Assembly: GCA_030141605.1 (NCBI GenBank)
Contig: JAQGDQ010000722.1
Location: forward strand, 43,630 to 107,629
Direction: 5' to 3'
From: Tubiluchus corallicola
Taxonomy: Eukaryota; Animalia; Priapulida
DNA: 64,000 nt
Each line of letters starts with the position of its first letter. Position 1 is the stretch's first letter. The notes below the pieces were generated by a model. That model saw only the letters and a list, made by a program, of their open reading frames with translations, did no database searches and was not told the origin of the DNA. Positions 55,228 through 64,000 of this stretch are shown one piece after another. The translations under genes and the position numbers were made by a program.

Positions 55228-57000
55228 CTAATTTCTGCATTTCTGCATTTGAGCAATAGGTTTTGTAATAGCGTACAAGTAGAATATGTCAGTTTGCAGC
55301 CTTTTTACCAAGTTTACAATGCAGCCTTTTTTGCAGTTGCAAATAACTAGTTCCGCCAAGAGCTGGGCATTATTCATCGAATGGGGTGCTATAGCCCTGA
55401 CGGAATTATCATTCAACCATTCTTTACTGGTGATGAAAAGCAAGTGTTTGCTTTTTTAAGGAGCTCTTACAGGAAAGAAAAGATCTTTCCAAATACCAGA
55501 GCAAATTAATCACAGGTGATTTGAACGGATTAGGGAGCTTGGGGGTTGAACCAAACACAATATGCTGAAAATTTTTGATTTGTTGCAAAAAATCATTAGA
55601 CTTACATCAGGTCTAAATATAGTAAGATACAAACTGTTTGCAAATAAAGATTTTACTGGCTGTAAATTGCCATCTATTGATGTAAATTACTACTATGCTG
55701 AGCAAGACTACGTTAGAATAACAGACTTTTCGTGCTACAATTATATGCCATTATGCAAATGTGATAAAGCCAGTTACTTACATACACTGTATTTGAAATG
55801 AAGAAAATGACAAGGAAGACCCTTACTAGACAGTTGTTACGGGCACCAGTCCTATCCTAAGCTGATCTTGCCGGATGTAAATGCAATTCTTATAGTAATC
55901 ACATTATTTTTTCCTAATTTTCGGACGGTTTTGCAAGAAATTATCATCAGTTTGGTAAATAAAGCATATAAAGAGCATTTAATGCTTTCTACTACAGTTG
56001 CAATTATGAGTAAGTTCTAAGATAAACAATTTTCACACTGTTACTATAGCAACTGATGCCTTTCCTGTATGTTAGGTTTTCTTGTTAGTTTATACAATAA
56101 TGAAAATCAATGATTACCGAACTATTTTCCAATCTAACCTTGTTATTAATGCCGTGGCTAAGATAAACAGTAACCACATCAGTCAGTTATGATAATAACT
56201 TTATCATTATTGGCCATATATATAAGTTAGGCTAGACGGCATTGGATGCTCATAAAAAGGTCAATAATGACATTGTTGCTAACGCTAACCTGTGTGGCAT
56301 ATCTAAAATGCATCTGGTCCTAAAAGAGTTTCTTCCAAGGCTATTTCACGTTTGGGGGTCTGGAATACTATATATCGTACTGATTCAGGAAAAACAAAAG
56401 GCATTTGTGCTGCAATAGATTCCCAAAAAATCTGTTCCTTAGCCATCCTAATTAATATGTTTTATTCATTGTCAATAATACAGTTATCTGATTTATTATC
56501 ACCCTCAAAAAATTTGTTAAGGTTATTTACTGTTTGACAAAATTAATCAAATTTTTGTGTAAATCAGTTCTCCTTCTGATGCGTAATATGAAAAGAATGC
56601 CTAACTGAGATATGACCACTAAGCAACCTTGCAGGACCAAACAAGGATTTGCCTAAATCAATTATGTGACAGGCACTCTAATATTACAAGAATCCAATAT
56701 CCAAATTTAACTGTGTGACTTAGTTTGCATTTTTTGTTTGCATTACCACACGGTGATTAACTTATTTCCAAAATCATACCACACTTTAGTTGTATATCAT
56801 TACAGCAATCATACTGGCCATTTAGCAATTTATATTTACGGCCAACTGTAAAGATCAAAAAAACTTATATAACTCAGGAACGTTTGGCTATGCTGGAAGA
56901 ATCATTCTCAAGTGTAAAGTTTAAACATTTTGCATCTCACACTAATATTTCATCATAATTATTTCTGCATCCAGAATGTTTCGAATGAGAGAGAAAAATT
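55228..57000 (-). mobile_element. Decayed DNA transposase (Academ-like) remnant
   Basis: C-terminal LAELVICNCKKGC...CRN (CXC-like) and upstream broken-frame AFFSY...GEL...IID-like segments, with many stops. Confidence 0.4.
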
Positions 57001-57179
57001 TAATTACATCAGCAACAGCTATAAATGACTGTAATGGTCCTGTTTTGACACAGTTCATGAACCGGACTAGCTTCCACCGTCTTCTTAATATGAAGAATAC
57101 ATTCGGTGATTGTCATGAAAAAGATGATAACTACCTGGCAACTATAACTAACTAGGCTCGCATTCTTGACCAGCATCAA

Positions 57180-57540
57180 GGTGATGCTAAAATACCAGAT
57201 TATCAAATCGACGATCACGAGGAAGATGAAGATGGACACAATTAAGAAAACAATGTTGTAGATAAAACCAAACGTCAAAAACGACCTGCTTCTCTTGCAA
57301 ATGGAAACATAGTCTTTGTTTAGAAGCGCCCCCCAGAGGACGGTGGTATGCAAATGGGGAAAGAAGTTTCTGGAAAAAAAATCGGTCCATCATGCCAATC
57401 TATAAAGCCAAAAGTCAGGTGAATGCAGTATTGTAAGTGAAGAACAGCGACGCAATATATTTGATGCATTTCGGTTAATGAACACATGGGATGAACGTAA
57501 ATTTTACGTGAGATCCTTGACCAGAAAAGTTGATACTATC
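57180..57540 (+). mobile_element. Decayed DNA transposase fragment (Sola-like N-terminal region)
   Basis: Broken frame GKKIGPSC...SEEQRRNIFDAFRLMNTWDERKFYVRSL. The family assignment is from recall of the motif and is unverified. Confidence 0.45.
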
Positions 57541-58493
57541 AAACAGCTAAAGGTTGTTATCACATGAAGACACTAATCATGTTTCAGCTTCTTGACAGAT
57601 CTGCTCATCAAGGGTGCAAGCCATTTTTGCATCAACAACAGACTTCTCTGAAAGAACAATCATGTCATGGCTTAATGGCAACCAAGTAGACAATCAAAGT
57701 ACAACAGCTGCAGCATTATTGTCAACTTTCTTTGGGAGAAATACCTAGTATTTATCTCACGGAAAGACAAATGCGACATGCGCGTATCATTTTAAATATG
57801 GCAATATTAATAATGAATTTTAAAAAACACATCTAACTAAAAGATGAGGCACGGGAAGAAAGCGCACGAGATAAGGTGTGAGTAAATGCTAACAAGAGCA
57901 CTTGGACAATGGCTACTCAATCCGTATTGCTGCAGCAATGTATTATAAAACATAACTTCAGATTCACAACTACATCTGTTTCAATCTACAATCAAGAGAC
58001 GGCTACCTTTGGAACGAAACAGAAGGCGACTTGAGCAATGGTGTATTTGCGTGTCTGCAATTCGCCTATTTTAGACTGGTTATACTCTCCTTGTAATCCT
58101 AGGATAAATGATTATGATTTTGAGCGATGATTGAAGACACCAGTAAGTATCGCCAATGCATACTTTGCTCTCGCAAGAAAATACAACGCATCGCTTGAAG
58201 GCATTACCACTTGTCAGGTTTAATAATAGGATCTTGCCATCTTGCCACTTGTCATCATTAATAATGGTCACATGTATGTACAATTTCGAAGTCGCTGTAA
58301 CAGTAAGAGGGTGTAACTAGGATTATCGCATTGACATCAGATTTTTAGCAAAGTGTCATGATCAATAACCATTACGACTGATATACATAGAAAAAAATGT
58401 TTTTGTCATTTCTGTCACAGTAAAAGGGTTTAACGGATACTGGCACTTTTTGCTTGGCATGTCATAACATAAAACGTGTTAGTCATCTAAGTC

Positions 58494-61400
58494 TTAGCTT
58501 TCCGTATAAACATCGATTCCAATTCCTGACCAAAAGCCATACGCAAATGCAGCACAGGACAAAACAATCGCCAACAAAATGTTCAGCACGATCTTGGCGT
58601 GTGGGTCCTGTTTGAGTGAGGAGATTTTCTGCAAATGTAACATTGCTTCATGCTTGCTTAACTTGGCTTCGTCTGAGTCGTCATACCCCATGAGCCAATT
58701 CCAAGCTCGCCTGGTTATGCTAGGTTGCGCTGAAAAAGAGAAACAAGAAACAAGTTAACAAACAAGACAATAAACAAGCATACAAGATAATAAACTAGCA
58801 TAGCATAAACTTTTTTTTAAAACTAACATAAAAATACCTTTCAGGGTGGCCTAAAAATTCTTTTGACATAGTAAAAGGACAAGAACTCGGTAAGGAGGCT
58901 TTTTGCTTCATTTTAACTACGTAATTTCTTCTTCCTAACAAGCAATTTATTTCTTCAGCAAATGTATTACTTTACATAATTTCAAACGCTGCGTCATTGC
59001 ACAGGGTGTTAAGAAAGAATTAATCTGATAGACTTAAAACATTTCAGAAGATTTGTATTTTAATATTTTTTGCAATTAATTTTCTACTATATTGCTAAAT
59101 ATTATAATCTACTTTTTCCACAGTTACACGGGCTTCAGCAAAAGAATGATCATATTGAACACCATCAATTAATGGCTGTCAGAGCTGTGAATGATGGCAA
59201 AGCCAGATATTATTTTTTATTTGTTTACTCTATTATTAAAGACGCTATTCTTTATCTAAAATTGAATGCTCTGATCTCATGGTTTTGTTGCTTCTTCTGT
59301 TCATCTCAAGTTTTTTCCACACAAGACGTGTTAACTAAAACCCTCTCTCCACCCAGTAAGATACTTACAAGGCGAGGCAGTTCAGTGGGGGCAGTAAGCA
59401 ATTATTTATGTATTATAAACACCGTTAAATTTGTTTACAAATGGTTAATTTTAAAGGCAGAACTCTGTCAGCTTTTTCGTCCAAGCTTCTTTTCTCGCAG
59501 TTAATTCGTGATTCGCCAAATTGTTTCTTTTAGCTAGAAATCCCCCAACTCTCACCGGTGCATTAACCGAAAGAAAACAACTTCAAACTTAAAAACACAG
59601 TTTCTTAATTAACGAATTTGTCTGTCAGTTTTCTTTGGTAGCACTGAGAAAATATTTCAACGCCTTAATCCAATAACACGATCTTTCGGTTTTACAACAG
59701 TCATAAAACAATAATGCCACTGCAGGCAGTCATTCGTGAAAAAGTAATGCATGATTCTCCCTAGGTTCAAGTTCTCCTCTTACTTTCTTGGTTTTTAGAA
59801 GAGCTGAAGTCTGTGTTCGATTTATTTTCACCAATTTTAGTTTTAGCTGTATTGAGTTCAGCACTGTTTATGTTCAAATCCATCATCTCTGTCTCAACTC
59901 TGTGAATTTCATCTTCTTCAAATTGATTGAGATCGTCTACACGAAGTCTTTTGTCAAATCTGGTCCAAAATGTGGTACGAATTAGCTGAAATGAGAAGTG
60001 CAGAAAGTGAAAGAGACTTTTCGGATATTGAGTAAATCTGAAATAGATTGTTTTCAGCAAATTAATGGTGATGACGTGTTGGACCAGATCAACTCTCAAA
60101 GTTACATTCACGGGACAAAACTCTTAAAGATGCGTCTTTGAGGTAAAACTCCTAAGGTTATGTATTCAAGGCCAAAGACAAAAGTTCAAACTTTCAAGGT
60201 TACATTCACAGGACAAACCCTTAAAAACTCTCAGTGTTATGCCCTCAAGGCCAAAATCTTAAGGTTATGCCCTCGGGGTTAAGCTTACCTTGTATTTTTG
60301 CTCTGGTGCAGTAAGGATGCTGATAACAACGGCTGCTATCATCGTCGAGAAAAAAAGTATCATAGCAACGTACATGTAGTGCAGATTCTTCAGAATCCAC
60401 GGTCGCGTGTCTTCGTCATAACAGGCTGGCTCCACGTAGATGAATTCAAGCAGCATCCTCACGCAACCCATAGCAACGCCTATCATCATCCCCCAAAATG
60501 CACCCTGCAGAACACACGTGAATAAAATATTGTGACAGTATATTAGTGCACTGCGATCCAACATCAACCACACAGGGCACTCAACGTGATTTTGTAGCGA
60601 GACTGAAACCTAGATCATTGCCATGGTAAGCTTCTACGATCAGACTCTGAACTGTCAGAAGCGTCTTAGCCACGTTTGAATTTAAATACATCTTCTGTCT
60701 ACGAGGAAAACAGCCAGAATGAGCATGGCAAATATAATCTTCCCATTGCATGTATCGAATTCAGGCGGCCATCTTGAGTCATTCACGCTTAAACATTTCA
60801 AATTTTAGTGCAGCTTTTTAATACAAATCGCCCAAAACAAGGCGAGTAAGGTATTATATTAAAGCTTTAAAAATATAAAATAATGCAAATCCAGAATATT
60901 AGAATTCTTACAAGTACGTAGTGCAAGTACTTTGAAAGTAGCGACTTTTAGAGGTATTTGTTTCATTCATTTGTAGCTTAGCCTCGACACTCCCAGATAC
61001 AGAGCGGCTGTTTACAAACCTAGTTTTCCCGAGGGCTTCTTATCCGTGGACTTCTTCAGTTAACAGGAAAATAATTTTCTGCTAAAAAATTAAATGGATA
61101 AGCCATAGGATTTTCCTGTTAACAAAAGAATTCCACAGATAAGAAGCCCGGAGAAAACTGGTTTTGTAAGCAGCCCCTCTGTGTCTGGGAATGTCGGGGT
61201 AAACTACAAATGCTTGTATAAGTTGCTATTTTTAAAGTGCTTGTGCAGTATTAGCCCGAAGTATTACCTTTTCGTTGCATCTTGGCCAGAGCACCCCTAA
61301 AACGTAAACGCCAGCAATTGGTGGAGCCAGGTATGCACTGATTGCTTGTATGTAGTGGAAAAGTTGTCCGCCTTGCATAGCGTTAATTACTGGTATCCAA

Positions 61401-63413
61401 GCAACGCTGACTCCTACCATGGCCAATATAAATAACCTAAATTAAAACAAGGCAGTTTAGTTTAAATTAAAACTTAAGACCGTTTATTTTAAATTAAAAC
61501 TTAGAACAAACTAGTTTCTAGAAACTACTGGTTTAGAAATGTTTAATTCTTGTAACTAATTTGCTAGTGAGAAAGGGTTTCTACTAATGTTCTTCTTGAA
61601 TCTGACCAAGAAAACAATTCTTCGTGAATATATTTTCGAAGAATTCCGCAAATCAGAAGACCGAGGGAAAAACTTGATTTATAAGCGATTCTTTTATATC
61701 TAGTTAGGAAAAACGAAAATCTCGGTTTTAATGCAAACAATGTAGTCTTACTGTTTACTGAATACCCATTGGTAAGACCCATTCGATGTAGATGTTGTTA
61801 GCCAGACTGGAATATGGCTCATTATCCAAGCTAAGCCCAGCAGTCACCCATCCATTCACAAACCAGCCTAAGCATTGTTTCACTTCGTTAGACGTGCCGT
61901 GTCCGCTCAGCTATTACCCTGCCCTGATATTATTTTGAAATATTAATATTAATTTTACCTTCCAACTTGGAGCAGTTCTCGCGCAGTTGCAGTTTTGCGT
62001 AATCGCTTCCAAATATCTATTGTAAACAAAGTACTTGAACTGTTGAATATTGATGTTAAATCGCTCACCAGTGCTGCTAACATCACAGCCATCATTAAAC
62101 CTTTCAAACCTAAAGTGACAATCATAATCACTGCAAAAATCTGTGTTAAGAAAACAGTTTTAATATTTACGGTTGTTGCTAATGGGTATCAAGCCTATCA
62201 AAATCTTATAATGTTAATGTTATGGGTAGTTCTTGCATTAGTGAGTTGAGTTGTGGCTTACGTGATTTCAGTTGATCACTGTGTTAATCATTATCACACA
62301 GTGGAATTTCACGCTGCGTGAACAGACTTAAGCAATAACAGACATACAGACAGACAGACGGACGGACGGACGGACGGACGGACGGACGGACGGACGGACG
62401 GACGGACAGACAGACAGACAGACAGGCAGGCAGGCACGCAGGCAGGCAGACGGACAGACAGATAAAGAGATAGAGAACCAGTCACACAGGCAGACAAGTT
62501 GTTATTGTATAATTTACAAGCGAGATACTCAAAGCCTACGAGCATAGAAATATAATCAAATAGTAACTCTTCTTAGAAATCGTTTATTTGCAGCTCGATT
62601 TTTTTAAATTAACCAATTCAAGCATTCTTTGCTTATTGTTCGCCAGATGACGCGCGCATTCAATCATCGTTAGAGTACGTTTACATTATTTTACGCAGTA
62701 AATATACAGGCTCTCTAATCATCGTGATCAGGTAATGTGAAGTTTGTAATTTACTACATAGTGAAAACTTTTCTACACAGAAGGAAAAGATTTTTAAAAT
62801 GTTTTGGTAATTAAAAAAAACAAACGTGTCTATATCTTTAAAACTGCATGCCTACGCCAACTGGTCTATTTGCCTCCCTCCTCTTCTTTCCTGAACTGCA
62901 TAGATAAACGTGGGGACTAGCGACACGTCTTTTTATAAAAAAAATTGTACGCCTACTCGATGTTTGCCTTTAAAGTTAACTCTTGCGTATACATGATGAA
63001 AATTATGAACGCCAAAGTGAAATTTAATTCTTGTTTTTGAACATCTACAAATTATTTTTTTATTTGTAAATGATTTGTTAGTATTAATAGGTGCGTGGCT
63101 TGTGAATATTCAAAATTGAATTATTAATATTGAAATACGATTTATGAATTGATATTACAAAATTCATTGATTAAAAATCATAAATTATTTATTGATATTA
63201 AAAATAAACTTTAAATTCCACTTTGACGTTCCATAGAAAACCTGTGGGCGTTAGTCCTAGCATTAACACTAACCCACGGGCATTAGTTCTAGCAGAAATA
63301 CTAACCTGTAGGCATGAGTTCCAGCACTAATTGAGGATAGGCATTGTTTGTACAGCTTACGCTGTTTCCGCAAACTTCTTTGCAGATATCCGGATCAACA
63401 CACATTATGGTAT
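58494..63413 (-). CDS. SLC5A3: SLC5 sodium/myo-inositol (SMIT1-like) or sodium/glucose cotransporter, last six exons; the 5' part lies outside the window
   Basis: Exons 63413-63306, 62109-61959, 61436-61268, 60504-60289, 59985-59784, 58729-58494, GT-AG and phase-compatible. Motifs [106 protein letters not shown] and HYMY favour the SMIT1 type. Confidence 0.93.
60095..60280. repeat. Degenerate intronic minisatellite
   Basis: Repeats of AAGGTTACATTCAC.GGACAAA and AAGGTTATG...CAAGGCCAAA. Confidence 0.6.
60968..61212. mobile_element. Palindromic MITE (~105-bp arms) in an SLC5 intron
   Basis: CATTTGTAGCTTAGCCTCGACACTCCCAGATACAGAG... pairs with ...CTCTGTGTCTGGGAATGTCGGGGTAAACTACAAATG. Confidence 0.8.
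62338..62462. repeat. (GGAC)n/(AGAC)n/(GGCA)n microsatellite
   Basis: Direct reading. Confidence 0.9.
63004..63235. mobile_element. AT-rich MITE in an SLC5 intron
   Basis: TIRs TATGAACGCCAAAGTGAAATTTAA ... TTAAATTCCACTTTGACGTTCCATA. Confidence 0.7.
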
Positions 63414-64000
63414 CTAGATTAAAGGCAAAGTCAATAATAACTAGTTGACGTTTTTGAGTGAGTCTGTGACAGGAGATGCTTTAAATGACAGCTTTTGTTA
63501 CGGATTTACAAATAAAAGTTGTTTATCAAAATAATTAATAACGCTGCATGTTATTAACTGTACATAAGTACGGTTGAGTTTGACTCGATTAGCAGTTTCA
63601 AAATCAGAAAAATCAGAGCTTGTCACTTTTTGACCAGTGACCAGTAGGTCAAGGCTCAACCAAATACGGGTCAACACACATCATTCAGTTTGTCTCATCG
63701 AGAATTCACCGTGTGTACCTACACTATTCCTCGACATGCGAAGCACTTGTATTGCTGGATCGCAATTTCACTTTTTGTCCTCTAGTATGGTCAGTGGTTG
63801 ACCAGTCTAAGCTTAAGGCACATCATTCAATTCGTCTCAACGATACCTTTCATTTGATATATTATAAGATATTAAAAGTGAAACTTGCACTTTGAACTTA
63901 CTCTTTAATCTGCGACCTCGGGGTCAAGGGTTAAATGTAGGCGCGACTTATACCACTCAATTAATCTCATCCATACCTTTCATTTGATATACTACAACCT

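Overview
AT-rich, intron-containing animal genomic DNA, probably from a protostome invertebrate (inferred). All well-supported genes are on the minus strand. A 4-exon 3-mercaptopyruvate sulfurtransferase-like gene (3146-6303) and the last six exons of an SLC5 Na+/myo-inositol (SMIT/SGLT-type) cotransporter (58494-63413) flank a ~50 kb interval. The only well-supported genes in that interval are small secreted prepropeptides, which the ORF track shows only in pieces. (1) Two tandem paralogous precursors of a four-cysteine peptide, C-x3-C-x8/10-C-R-C-x4-F-S-x (9245-10150, predicted amidated; 13708-14857, non-amidated), resembling CCRFamide/HFAamide peptides. (2) A 3-exon precursor (39297-40955) carrying pQFYVKSAGQLPRI-amide, an ETH/pleurin-like PRXamide, followed by a pair of EF-hands. 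Two weaker prohormone-like exons and CRE/TATA promoter candidates suggest a larger neuropeptide cluster. The rest is microsatellites, minisatellites, MITEs, SINE fragments and decayed LINE and DNA-transposon remnants. Gene models were spliced by eye and no database searches were run.
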